The position numbers and the translations under genes were made by a program. The notes beneath the pieces are model-generated. The model did no database searches. It was not told the DNA's origin and was given only the letters and a program-made list of their open reading frames with translations. Below are positions 23,916 to 35,934 of a stretch of DNA of 64,000 nucleotides, one piece after another. Within the stretch, counting starts at the first letter, position 1. Each line of letters opens with the position of its first letter. This DNA is from Octopus sinensis (Eukaryota): assembly GCF_006345805.1 (NCBI RefSeq), contig NW_021829832.1:682001-746000 (forward strand). Reading direction: 5' to 3'.

Positions 23916-24955
23916 ATGCCACGTAAATCATTGGAAGAGAAAAATCAAATGCATAGAAATAAAATACATTTAATTTCAGCTGCAAAATCAGGTGGAGATT
24001 GGAAAAAACAGCACTTAAACTCAATATCTCGAGAACAAAAGCATATCGTTGGATAAGGGATGGAGTTAAACCTGACACGAGAGGTAGAAATTATAGAAAA
24101 AAGTTTGACAAAGAACATGTCGACTTTTTAATATCATGCATTGAAGACGATAGCACAATTACCCTTCATGGAATAAAACGAAAGGGGAATTTGAATTAGT
24201 TTTTCCGAAACTATCAAAATCAAGTATCTAAGTTTGTATACATTAAAGAAAGTGAGATTCGAGCCTGAAAAAGCTAATTGTGAAATTAACAAAATCAAGA
24301 AAAAGGAATTTGTTGAAAAATATTTAAAGTTTCAATCGGAAAACAGACCAATTTGCTTTATGGATGAATCAAACTTTAATCTCCATATCAGCAGGACAGA
24401 AGGAAGATCGCTAAAGGGAACAAGATGCACTACTCTAGCGGCTGCATCAAAAGGGTCGAATATACATATAATTGGATGCATCTCAAATCTAGGACTCATT
24501 TACTATGAAATCCGAAGGGGAGCTTTCAAAAAAGAGCAGGCTTGTAATTGGATGAAAATTTGTTTGAGGCAAGCACGGATTAAACATGGTGGTCCAGTTA
24601 TTATGGTGTTGGACAATGCACCAGCTCACAGTGGTATCGAAGAAGTTCTTCGATTGGAAGAATTTAATGATTTTCACATTCTTCGTCTCGGTCCGTACAG
24701 CCCAATGCTTAACCCCATCGAAAATGTATGGTCCAAAGTAAAAGCTCACGTAAAAAGAGACATCGCTTCTAAAAAAACCAAATTTTATTCCAACAAGGAG
24801 AAGGCTTATCAATTAAAGAGTATCGAACACGGATACTTGAACAAATAATTGTGGATAGAATGAAAACCATTACGTCTAAAGATTGTGTAAGCTTTATTTC
24901 TGGAATACAGGGAAATATTGCCGACACACTAAATATGGTTAACATAAAATTAAAA
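23916..24955 (+). mobile_element. IS630-Tc1-mariner transposase (DD35E spacing), frameshifted
   Basis: HTH-like N-terminus, then FMDESNF, VLDNAPAH, YSPMLNPIENVW. 35 residues between the second D and E. TIRs not identified. Confidence 0.85.
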
Positions 24956-25195
24956 AAAAGAATTTTTTGGTGTTAGATAATAGTAAATCATTTTTTGGGA
25001 TTATAAGGAACATCGAGTACTCCCACGGATATCATAAAAGGACGGATATCGAGGAATACTTTTAACACTCATTAGTCGTAAGAGATTAGTGATTCCTTTG
25101 ATTAGAATCTTTAATTAGAACCAAATAAAAGAATTTTTAGAATTGTGATCATATTGATCTATTAACATTATTTCTGAGTTATATAATCTATTTCA

Positions 25196-25673
25196 ATGAA
25201 ATATCCATTTTTTGACGCTAAAAAACGAGAGGAGAACAGTGGAAGGAATATTCCAGACCCAAAGGATGTAAGAGACATAAAACAAAGTTTTAATCGTCAT
25301 TTGCACAACTCTCGCCTCAAGGACCGCAATATTGCTACCAAACGTGATTATTACATCTCTTTGGCTCACACGGTGTGCGACAAAATGGCTTCCCGGTGGA
25401 TCAGAACGAGCCAATACCACCACAATCTAGACTCCAAGGTTTTCCTTGATTTTATTTTCCCAGAGAATTTATTATTTGTCCATTGAATTCTACGTCGGTC
25501 GTCTTTTGATAAATTCCATGATCAACGTTGGAATAGACGGGCAGTGCGAAGAAGCCGTTTATCAAGTATGTCCAACATGTTCTTATTTAACAAGCTGGGA
25601 CTAGATTTGGAAGAATTAGAAAACATGGAACCTGACATTTGTTTAGGAAATGGTGGACTGGGAAGACTGGCTG
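25196..25673 (+). pseudogene. PYG: Glycogen phosphorylase N-terminal fragment, introns retained
   Basis: [45 protein letters not shown]. Two short introns. Confidence 0.9.
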
Positions 25674-26345
25674 AAATATCCGTCTCTTATTTGTTCAATA
25701 CATTCCATTAATTGAGGACTCCTTTGATAATAAAAACGAGGATTGTATCTACACTTCTTTACTTACAAAATACCCAGAAGAGTAATTTTCCTTAACTTCG
25801 TGGATTTTCATTCCGAATATAAATATATTTTCCATCCCAACCTGTTCGGCCATTTCTACATTGGGCCCATCAAACGTCCCCAGAGTGACAGCCCCGTTCA
25901 ACTGGCAATAAATCAACTGACCAACCATAAATTTCATGTTTCCAGTTCCAGACGCTTCAGTTCCTGCGAGTGAGAGTTGTTCACTCAAATCAGCTGCAGG
26001 GACCATTTTCTCTGCAAACGAAATTTTATAATCCGCAAGGACAAACACCCTCAGGTCTTTATTGGTCTCCGGATCACTGTTCACCACAACAGCCACATTG
26101 CATATCAATTTGATGATTAGTTTTGCAATTCTACAGCCGGGAGGAGCCTTTCCCCCAATTATGACAGTCCTGAGGACGACAGTGTAGTCATCCAAACCAG
26201 CCTTGACCCGTTTGAGGCGGTTGTAGAGCGTTATTATGTGAAGGCAGCTTAGAAGGTATCGTTTACTTTCTTGAATTGGTTTGATATGCACATCAAACAT
26301 GGTCGAGGGGTCAATCGAGAATCCAAACAACTTTTTAACATACAA
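25665..26345 (-). pseudogene. PYG: Glycogen phosphorylase C-terminal fragment on the opposite strand, introns retained
   Basis: [38 protein letters not shown]|[17 protein letters not shown], ..DGYFS. Invariant KRIHEYKRQ is degraded to KPIQESKRY. Confidence 0.9.
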
Positions 26346-26409
26346 AGCAAATTTATTTTTATTACTCTATGACATACTGAAGACACTGAACCTGTTTTAT
26401 CAAACAAAT

Positions 26410-26640
26410 CTCGTCAATAATTAGTTGATCTGACAGAAGTGGCCTCAGCTTCCAGAATGATCTTCGAGAAGCCAATGGCCTTATCGAGAGATCTAAAGTT
26501 GCACAGATTGCAATTTTCTAGTCTCGTGTTCAATATCTCTTGGAACCATGGCCAGTTGGCCGCTTTGTATGGAATTGGAACTTTCCTGGTGACAACTTCT
26601 CTTTTGATCTTCACCGTTATCGGGTTGTGATCGGTTCTCG
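26410..26640 (-). mobile_element. LINE fragment (end of APE domain / linker)
   Basis: DHNPITV...YKAANWPWFQEIL resembles the SDH.P...Y.KANW motif. Confidence 0.45.
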
Positions 26641-26660
26641 TTTCATAGAAGACTGACGTC

Positions 26661-26700
26661 TAGCGCTCGGTCGCGCGCTGCGCTCGCGACATAATACTAG
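26661..26700 (+). mobile_element. Probable Helitron 3' terminus
   Basis: GC-rich hairpin GTCGCG..CGCGAC (26670-26690), 6-nt spacer, CTAG ending at 26700, followed by T. Confidence 0.5.
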
Positions 26701-28968
26701 TTAGAGGATGACGTTATTCCAGATATTAATTTTCTGGCTAAAATGATAGCTTCAATAAAAAATAAATATCATTATGATTTCTCATTTTTGTCGTTTTGTA
26801 ATTTGGGTTCAGTGGGTATATATTGATGATGATGTATATTTTAGTTCAGGTACCGAACATGAACTACATCGATGACATTATTACGTATTTTTATACTTAT
26901 GCCTTTACAAATCCTACCGATTGGCTCATGACTATATATTCAGTAAATATATTATTTAACTGATTAATAATAGAATGCTAAAGGACTTAAGCATATTCAG
27001 GTCGAGGTCTTGTTTGGTCATTATGGATTTTCTTCTTCCCTCAAGCACAAGATTCAAGAATTACGAGTTCAAGATCAAAAGTAATTTTTAGTCATTTCCT
27101 AAAAATCCGTCTCTTGTGAATGTCATGATTTCTGAATGCACACTTCAATATCCAGGACAGGCAAATTCCTTAATTTCTACACCATTCTCAAAACAGAGAC
27201 TGAAAGTTAAAAATAACACAAAAATATATATCACATTTGGAGAAACAGTAGTACTTGAACGGTATTATATATTCAACATTTTTTAGTATTTTTGGTACTG
27301 TTGCATTTCATCCTGCACGAAAATAGCCTCTAAATGAATTAATGCAAATTTTTATGAATATTAAATCGAAAATTTAAATAATTGAACTATGCCGAATTTG
27401 TAAATTTTATTCTAATTTTTTGTTAAAAAAAATTTGAATTTTGTACCGGCTTGTGGAGATGAATGATACAGTTGTCATGCGAAAATTTGCAAATCTGAAG
27501 GACTATGAACTTCCCCGTACTGAAATGGAGTCAGTTGCCTTCCTTCAAGAGGTTGGAATCTTTCCCAAAGAAAAAAAATGTCAAAACAGACATTTTATGA
27601 CCCTTCTCCAACAGCAGGAGAATACAACATGGGTGTGCTATAAAAGTGGGTGTCAAACATATAGTTCTATTAGAAACGGTATAAGAGAGTACTTTATTTT
27701 TAGGTACTTGGCTCGAAGGCACGAAAGTGACCTTACAGTCATGTATTCGCTTTATGTACATGTGGAGTTTCGACAGACACAGTATTTTATGGTGTCGCCG
27801 TCAACTGGAATGGAGCGGCCATACAATTGGTAATTGGTCTCACTCCCAGGTTTGCGCATATTATTTAGCAAATCGTCCGAACACACTGATTGGTATTAGT
27901 GTTCCATTAGGTTGTTAGGTGGTATTGGCAAAGTTGTCCAAGTTGACGAATGCATGTTTTCTAAACGGGAAAACAATGCAGGACGGATTCTCCCTCAACA
28001 ATGGGTGTTTGGGGGAATCTGTCGTGGAAGTAAAGACTGTTTCATCAAGATGGTTCCAGATCGCTCCAAAAGAATTCTAACCGCCGCAATACAGGAAAAT
28101 ATCGCACCGGGATCAGTGATACACACTGACAAATAGAAGGGTAATTCTACTTTATTCTTGCTAATAGGTTATTCACGCCAGATCTCAATGCTCTTGCTTA
28201 TGTGCATAAGAGACAAAGGGGGACCCCGCGTCACTTCATGGGTGCATATTTTGCAGGTATTAAATACTCCTAATACATTTATAGAATTTTTATGGAGAAG
28301 GCAAGTGAGCCATTTAGACAACTCCTTCGATGAGCTAATAGATGCCATCGTCAAATTTTGTCCGCCGAATATCACGCCTCGTACTACCAGCTGACCTTTT
28401 TTATTGTAATAAAGATTTTTTCACTGAGGGAATGATGATAAGCATCTTTATTAACCAACAACTGTGTCTTTTTAGACAGGTGGTCGTTAATAGCTCAGAT
28501 TTAATTTTGTCGGTATTGTTTTGACACCACTAAGTCGGTAAAAAATTCAAATTTTTTTTAACAAAAAATTAGAATAAAATTTACAAATTCGGCATAGTTC
28601 AATTATTTAAATTTTCGATCTAATATTCATAAAAATTTGCATTAATTCATTTAGAGACTATTTTCGTGCAGGATGAAATGCAACAGTACCGTATTGGTGA
28701 AATGCAACAGTACCGTATTTTTATATTCATTAGTAATGAAAATATGGGGCAATTTTTTCCAATTTGCAGATTTTCGGGCCCGAGAGGCAAATGTCGGGGG
28801 AATTAAGACAGAGTGGAGTTGTGGAGGCATTTCCTCATCGCATTGGTAAAGTCAGGTCATTGCTGCTTGTGCTGTACGCTGATGCTAATGAATTCGAATT
28901 GGATTTTGAGGTATCTAAATCGTTGTTTATAATTTTAGATTCAACTATTGAAATGGTTTAATTCTTAA
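26701..28968 (+). pseudogene. MGAT4: MGAT4/GnT-IV (GT54) glycosyltransferase, 5'-truncated and interrupted by Merlin
   Basis: LEDDV, FCNLGS, PTDWL, LFGHYGFSSSLKHKIQEL, and C-terminal LER.F..GVVEA..GKVRSLLL. Short introns. No upstream exons seen. Confidence 0.75.
27294..28714 (+). mobile_element. Merlin (ISXO2/IS1016-like) DNA transposon
   Basis: ~155-bp TIRs starting GGTACTG; 8-bp TSD GTATTTTT at 27286-27293 and 28715-28722; transposase VVQVDEC..WVFGG..VPDRS..IAPGSVIHTD with stops and frameshifts. Confidence 0.92.
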
Positions 28969-29589
28969 TTAATTTGTTAATTTCTTAATTTGTTTTCTTT
29001 TTTGTAAAAAAAAAAGAAAATTAATTATTAAAAAAATTTATTGAAATGCTACAAAGTAGTAAAATATAGAAATATTTACGAGGAAATTAGGTATTTTAGA
29101 GCCACAAAAAGGGCCAAACTCGATTGGAACTACACACTAAACCAGACGCTACTGTCACTTTTATACTCCCAGAGAGCCAACATTAATCTGACCAGAATTC
29201 CCCTTACAAACGACCCTCGGATTCGACTTGCCTTGCTTTTTAGGACAATCCTTACTCGACACACAAGAAACACGTCCACGTGCTTAAGAAGTCAAATAAA
29301 CATGTTTACAGTTCAAATGGTGTGACAGGAATAGAGTGACAAGTTCTGTGGAAAAATCATTTACCGCACTGAACCAGAAACATAGCTTTTCAGAGATTAT
29401 TTTCATTTCAAATATTCTCTAATGGCAAATCTATTTTCTCAGAAATAGTATTAGCGGTGGACTTTTCTAACATTTTTTTCTCCAATCCCTAAAAGAAAAG
29501 AACAGATCGAAGGAATTGTGAAAAGAGGCAAGAAAGGACGAGGACCTAACAAGACCGGATTCAGATCCCCTCGGACATGCAAAACAGTT

Positions 29590-32500
29590 TAGCCGGTAAC
29601 AGGCCATCAAAATGGAATTGGAGATTCAGTAAGGACTCTACTCAGCGGTTTTAGGCAGAGGACAAACAGCAGCGGAGACATGCTGTCGCCCTGTAATATG
29701 CCCCTATCTAGCTTGACCTCACCTATATCGCATTTGTTGTAGTGTAGATGCACGTTCCACCTGTCCATCACAGTTGCAACAAATTTGATAAACCACGAAG
29801 GCAACTTAAACCTTCGCAGACACTCAACAAGGTAAGCATGATCAACCGAATCATATGCCTTCTTCAAATCCACCCATATCGACACTAGTGAGTTTCCGTG
29901 GGCTCTCGCGAGGCATTTGTTGATCAGTGCCTGCTCCTTAGCTTCCTGGCAATACCGCCGAGTACCTAACTTGTTCTCGGACAGAATCCATTCACCTCCA
30001 CGAAATTTCTGACCTTAGTAGCCACCATCTTAGTCATCAATTTGTACAGGTTGGGCATACAGGTTATGGGACGATAATCTGTCGGAGCGGAAGGGTTATC
30101 TACTTCAGGGATCAAATACGTGACCCCAGCACATAACCACTCTGGAATCAAGCCAGGGTCAAGTGTAAACTGTTCGATTGCTCGACACATGCAATAATGG
30201 ATAGGTTTGCAATTTTTATAAAGAAATTATACACCTTATCGACCCCAGGTGTCTTCCAGTCAGAGAGACGGGTTACTGCTTCATCGAACTTCTTGCGGAT
30301 GTCAGAGACACGACAAGACTCGGTCATCAAGGGAGCATCGGACTCAAGTGGAGTCGTCTCGTTGGACGATTATGTCACAGAAATTCCTGCGCCACCTTCT
30401 GGAAAACGCTAAGAAGGATCAATTGCCTTATCGGCGAGGAGGACGGAGGAACTGAGGCCGTTGCCCACAATTCCTCGGAACCCGCTCGCAAACTTGCAAA
30501 CAAGATTATGAAGTACTATGTATCGATCAGCCATAAAAACTTCTCTCGCACTCCACATATTGAACGGATCGGACCACGACCAGAACCGTATTCCACCTTC
30601 TTCACACCGGATGATGTTGACAAGGCTATTAAATCCCTACGTCCCACCCGTGCTTGTGGCCCCGACGGGATCTGTGCTGTTCACCTCAAACACCTGGGAC
30701 CCCGGGCACAGACCGTACTATCAAGACTATATAACGACTCCATCAACTTACGTACGATACCTAATATAAGGACAAACTCCCTAATTACGCCAATTCTAAA
30801 GCCTGGGAAACCAAAGGATGCCCCCTCTTCATACCGCCCAATCTCAATAACTTGTCTCTTATCGAAAGTACTGGAAAAGCTTGTATTAACGCGAATCTCT
30901 CCTGTTCTACAACTGCCAGAATTCCAGCACGGTTTTAGACCAGACCGTTCCACAACGACCCACTTGTGTTCTGTCTCCCAGTTTATTACTGACGGTTTCA
31001 ACATGGGAACACACCTACGGACGGCCTTAGTATCCATTGATATACAAAAGGCTTTTGATTCTGTCCCGAGGAAACTTCTAACGCGGAAGATATTTGATTC
31101 GAACTTACATCCGAACATCAAACTGTGGTTGGAAAATTTCTTAACTGGCCGACGCGGAAGGGTCCGTATTGACAATACTACTTCAAGATCAAGACTACTG
31201 CCTAATGGTGTCCCACAAGGCTCCCCTTTATCTCCCCTCCTCTTTAACCTATTTCTACATGACCTACCCACTACTAATGACCCGGACATTATGTTCTTAT
31301 CCTATGCGGACGACCTGACTATCGCTGCAAGAGATAAATCTCCTTCTGTGGCTGTCGCAATGGTCCAGTCACACCTCAACCGTGTATGTGATTGGCTATC
31401 TGCTAACATGTTGTGTGTGTCTGCATCTAAATCCCAATTCACCCTCTTTACTACTGATAGAAGATTCAAGAATGAACTGGAACTATTCATTGGAGACAAA
31501 CCTATTCCCTCTTCGCGTACCCAGAAGATCCTTGGCGTGGTTTTCGACTCCTTAATGACGTTCTCAAGTCACGTGGAGGAGGCCCTAGCTAAAGGTCTTC
31601 GGAAGTGGAACGTTTTGAAAGCTCTGTTAAAGAAGAGTCCTTCCCCCTGAAAGACTGTGTCAGCAAGGTCTACCAACAAGTGATTGCCCCGACGGTTGAG
31701 TATGCCTGCTCAGCCTGGAGGTTTGCAATTGCTTGTTCGAAAGCGGAACGTTTGAACTCACTCAGAAGGAAGATTATGCTCCACACTGACACCTCAGTTG
31801 GCAGCCTTGCTTCCGAGGAGGCGACGCAGAAGAATGGACAGGGTTTCCTACGTTTCTGCAAGGAACTGGGAAACCCACTCAAGGAAAAGGTGGCCCATGC
31901 AGAGGAATTTCGGTCGGTTATAAAGAAATGCACTCCAATTGAGTTCCTCTGCAGAAGGAAGAGAAGGCGTTTCCGGATTACGGTCGGGTCATCAGAAGAT
32001 CATGCAAGGAGAGTAGGGCTGTTGTTGGAGGCAGGAATCACCTAATTAGATAGTTCTGACCTATCTTTCTTGGTGATCTTGGAGTTAATAAATAAATAAA
32101 TAAATCAAGGGAGCATCGGGTCCACAAGACCTGCGGTTAAACTCAAACAGGTTGTTCTCCCGCCTGACTCACTCACCGAGACTCATGAGTTGAGAGCTTC
32201 TTCTGATAAACGAGAATCAGCTCCTCCCTCTCTGCCCGGACACGCCTCAACTCGTTGAGGTCCCATTTGGCAGCTCGTTCCCGACGAAGTAAAGTACGCA
32301 CCAAGGGGGGAGTCTTGCCCTTGACCCCGTTGCTCACATTCAAAATGTTCCCAGTCAGCGCTTCCAGCTCGGCCTTTCTTGCGGCTATCTTTGCGGCAAT
32401 GTTCTCCCTCCATCTACTTTTTGAGGCAGGCCTCTGGGTGATTTCATCATAGGTTGTCTGTGCCGAGTACAAATAGAGAGAAATCTTGTCCATTGTCTCC

Positions 32501-32880
32501 GGAGCCTTACGCACGATCGCGTAAGCTATGGCACGATTGATGCAACCCATCACGTCACTCCTGAGTTGCCACTGAGGTATCTTTCGGGTCACTCTGCGGT
32601 CCGCAAGGGGGACAAAACGATTCACAAAGATATGGCTACTAAATATCTCCTTCACCTGCAAGAGTAGCGATAACTCGCTATTCTGGTGCTCGTGTTGTTC
32701 AGAACACGGGGGGCATCCTGACGGCGTAACCGCAGCGGCAGTCATCCCCCGCGAGCCAGGAGGAGGAGTCTTCAGTGCATCTAACGATAGGTTCGAGCTA
32801 AAGCGTCGATTGAAGCACTGAAGCAGGGTAGGCCACCAATTTCTGGGCATCCTGGAAGCTCTTCCCAACACTTGGGAAAG
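29590..32880 (-). mobile_element. R4/Dong-like RLE retrotransposon (N-terminus to mid-RT), split by a LINE insertion
   Basis: RRENNLFEFNRR, WKTPGVDKVYNFFIK, DYRPITCMPNLYKL, WVDLKKAYDSV, GILQGDSMSPLLF. Frame is continuous across the TSD once the insert is removed. Confidence 0.85.
30342..32103 (+). mobile_element. 5'-truncated APE-type LINE with (TAAA)n tail and 16-bp TSD
   Basis: RT ORF 30508-31650 (GPDGI, YRPIS, QHGFR, DIQKAFDSV, GVPQGSPLSP, SYADD). TSD ATCAAGGGAGCATCGG at 30326-30341 and 32104-32119. Related to the 22-23.8 kb LINE. Confidence 0.9.
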
Positions 32881-32989
32881 GGCGGATTTAATCTAGTCCT
32901 CCCAGGTCGTGCACTCAATCCCTTCTGCAATGGCAAAGACGATGTTCTTGCCATCGGACGTCTGCCTCTTTGATGCGGTTGTCCATCCT

Positions 32990-33150
32990 GCTCTAGGTAT
33001 ATTATTAATAATAAGGCAATTCCCACGCAAGATGGCTATTGATATGCGTTGGAAAACCCATGTTTGTTCTCGATGATTTATAATATAAATCATAAGAGTA
33101 GCACTCTCTGCGATGACACCAAGATTTGAAAAACTTTGCGCCAAGATGGA
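32990..33150 (-). mobile_element. CRE-clade 3' terminal fragment
   Basis: EQTWVFQRISIAILRGN, the terminal motif shared by all CRE copies here. Confidence 0.6.
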
Positions 33151-33224
33151 AAAAAATTATCTCATTAACTTTTTGTTTTAAAAAATTGTTTTGATAAAAT
33201 AATAATGTATTATATTATGGAATA

Positions 33225-33291
33225 TAAAGGGAGGCGCAAGATTGTACTTTTTCTCTAAGGGAGGCGCGTAAAAAAAGCTTGGAAACCTCTG
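33225..33291 (+). mobile_element. hAT (Charlie-type) right end
   Basis: Two AAGGGAGGCGC subterminal repeats, then GCTTGGAAACCTCTG, comparable to the end at 7930-7971. Confidence 0.4.
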
Positions 33292-33964
33292 ATTTATATG
33301 ATTGTTAGATAAATGATCAAATTACTGATCAAATTACTAATCTGTTTATAAACACAATTATTTATTGAAAAAATCGAATAAAGTTCTTTGTATAGTGTTT
33401 TTTTAATTAATTTTTGTAAATCATCCGAGATGTGTTTCAAATTTTTTACGGTATCGTTTGTTATATTTCGAGAAAAGCAATTTTAACAAAAACTTGATTT
33501 AATGACAATTTGAATTGCATCAAATAAATACATTTATGAAATGAAATTACTGATTTAAAATATGTGACATTTTGATCACGAATGGCAATTAATTTAGGTC
33601 AAGATTCTATTATTGTCGTCTCTTAGAATTGTCTCTTATTATTACAAAATTATATGAACTTTTTCAAATCAAAAAAGTGTCAAAACAATAATCCAGATCA
33701 AAGCTGCTTTGCCTTACGTCATCAACTTAAACCTCTTTTTTCGTGAAACTTATCTTTAGGCACTTTTACTTAAATTTCTAAATTACATGAAATAAATGAT
33801 TCCAAAGCTGCCAGTAGAAGATAAGAAAGGAGAAATGGACATTATGCAATCACATTTTTGATATTGTTTGGGAAAAAATTCTGTCAGTAGGCTAACTATG
33901 GATTTTTATAAATTTCATCTCAAAAAATTTTTTTTTTATTATCAATATTTTTACATATGGAAAG

Positions 33965-34310
33965 TTAAATTAATCAGAAATTAATCGGCCAGCAAGCCGG
34001 ATGGAACAGCTGTTCCCACGCACAACGGCCAACAGGATCCTTTGGATTAGGAATGTAAATTCCCTAGGATCCTTGGAGCGTAATGAACAGAGGTGGCCAA
34101 GTTTCTTCAGATGATCAACTGTCTTTGTGCCAAAGACGCACGAAGTCTCAACAACAATTGGCCAAAACCAAAAGCCCTCTAACAAGCCCTGGTATTTTTC
34201 GGATTTTGTATATTCAGCCCTATTAGCACGGGACCCGGGCAGAGAGGCGGATTCGTTGATGGCCGACTTAGAGAAGGAATCAACACACGTGGCATCCCAA
34301 ACTAGTGGTT
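33965..34310 (-). mobile_element. CRE-clade 3' fragment, same family as 42299-45400
   Basis: KPLVWDATCVDSFSKS..FWFWPIVVETS..SKDPREFTFLIQRILLAVVRGNSCS. Confidence 0.85.
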
Positions 34311-34560
34311 TTAAATTAAAGGTAAAAATCAATTCTACCCAATCATGTAAAATCGATCTATATAATGAACTATCAATACAAATCAAAAAATAATCATACT
34401 TTCAATTGATAAAATATGTGCAATGACGTATATTAACCAATCAATAGATTAACTCAGCAATCAAACACACAAAACTAAATCTCCCCTGTGAAAATAAAAA
34501 ACGACAAAAATGAATAACTTTGATTAGTATATAACTAAAAACAGACAGTTAGTGATGAAA

Positions 34561-35467
34561 TCAATCTTGTTTGGCCTTAATGTAATTCTCCAATCTCGGA
34601 GGCATTGGGACAGCATTTGCTCTACAAAATGATCAGCCCACTCTCACATTCTGCGACCCAGAGAACTGACAATTGGCTCAAATCTGTTGATACAGCAGTT
34701 AATCCGATCTCTATAAGCACTCAGGAAAACCGGAACAGTCATCATAAATACCACAACTGCACAAATAAACTAAATTAGTAGAACCAATCAAAAGAATTGC
34801 AGGCAGTGACATCCATCTGAACAAATATGAGATAAACCACAGACAAACAGTGCACTAAAATAGAAAATCAAACATGTCTGCCCACTTTAATGCTCCTGGC
34901 TGGGTCCTCAAAAAAGATTAATCCAACAATCAAGTTCAAAAAACGAGAGAAACAAGGAAAATAACAAGAAACAAATTCATGGACCTGTTCTTCTGTCAGG
35001 GATGTGGAATACTGCAGAATAAAACTAAATATGAGTTTCGGAAAATGTTACTCGGTCGGAATTGTCACAAGGGGGTACTGCAGAGTCACTGCAAAGTAAT
35101 TATAGACTTTCAAAAGCCCTGAAGCAAGGAAAAGACAAAGAATGGAATAAGAGCATCCATATATGAAACTCTCCTTGTAAAATATTCTTAGTGCGGCTAA
35201 AGAGACGACCAAAAAGGCAAAAGAGATTGGAACGTTCTTCCAGAGCATTACATCACACAAAAGGCAGGTAGAATTGCAATTTGTATCGGTTACTGGAGAA
35301 GGTACGTCGAGGGAGACTGAGGGAATGTCCGCGTTATTTTGAGACAATTCGGAGATTTTTGGGACTGCAAAATCTTCTGTTTTGTTGGAAGGCTGAGAGG
35401 ATTCAGACTCGCTTATAATGTCGTCTTCTGGGTTTAACTCTGGAGGAGTTGCTTCAAATTCGGCCAT
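34561..35467 (-). CDS. Reticulon-domain ER-shaping protein
   Basis: Acidic N-terminus, then DVMLWKNVPIS..hydrophobic hairpin..LKVYNYF, a second hydrophobic hairpin and TVPVFLSAYRDRI. 26-31 nt introns restore the frame to TGA at 34561. Confidence 0.7.
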
Positions 35468-35934
35468 GAACCACAAGATTTTCTAATAATAATTTTTATT
35501 AAATATTAATAATAAGATTAATATAAATGTTAAATTAAACATAATAAATTTTAAATTTTATTTTAAATATACCATGAAAATTTTATATTTTAAAAATAAT
35601 ATGTTAATTATTTAATTTTAAAATACTTGTGTAATGATTGTGCTATTTCAGAGCAAATGAAAGATTCATTTGATTGTTCAACTTCAGAGAGCGTAGACAA
35701 TTTGCGTAATCCAATTTAAAATATATACGTAGATAATTCCGAGTCAAAATGTTCCTATCCGGATCCAAAAAAATTCATATTTATAAGGAAACCCATTGGT
35801 GAAACTTCTAATTATTACAAAGCTATGAATAGGAAAATGAATGTTCATAATAAGCATGATTATAATGTCGGTGATAAAGTAAGAAATAAAAAAATTAATA
35901 AATTTAAGATTCGCTACAACATCATTGTTTTAAA

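Noticed and set aside
29041-29560. ORF 29041-29325 and adjacent GC-richer segment
   Set aside because: No recognisable motif or consistent splice model, so left unassigned.
30681-31289. Long antisense ORFs over RT genes (also 42567-43046, 42829-43260, 22804-23088)
   Set aside because: Shadows of GC-richer coding strands with no recognisable motifs.
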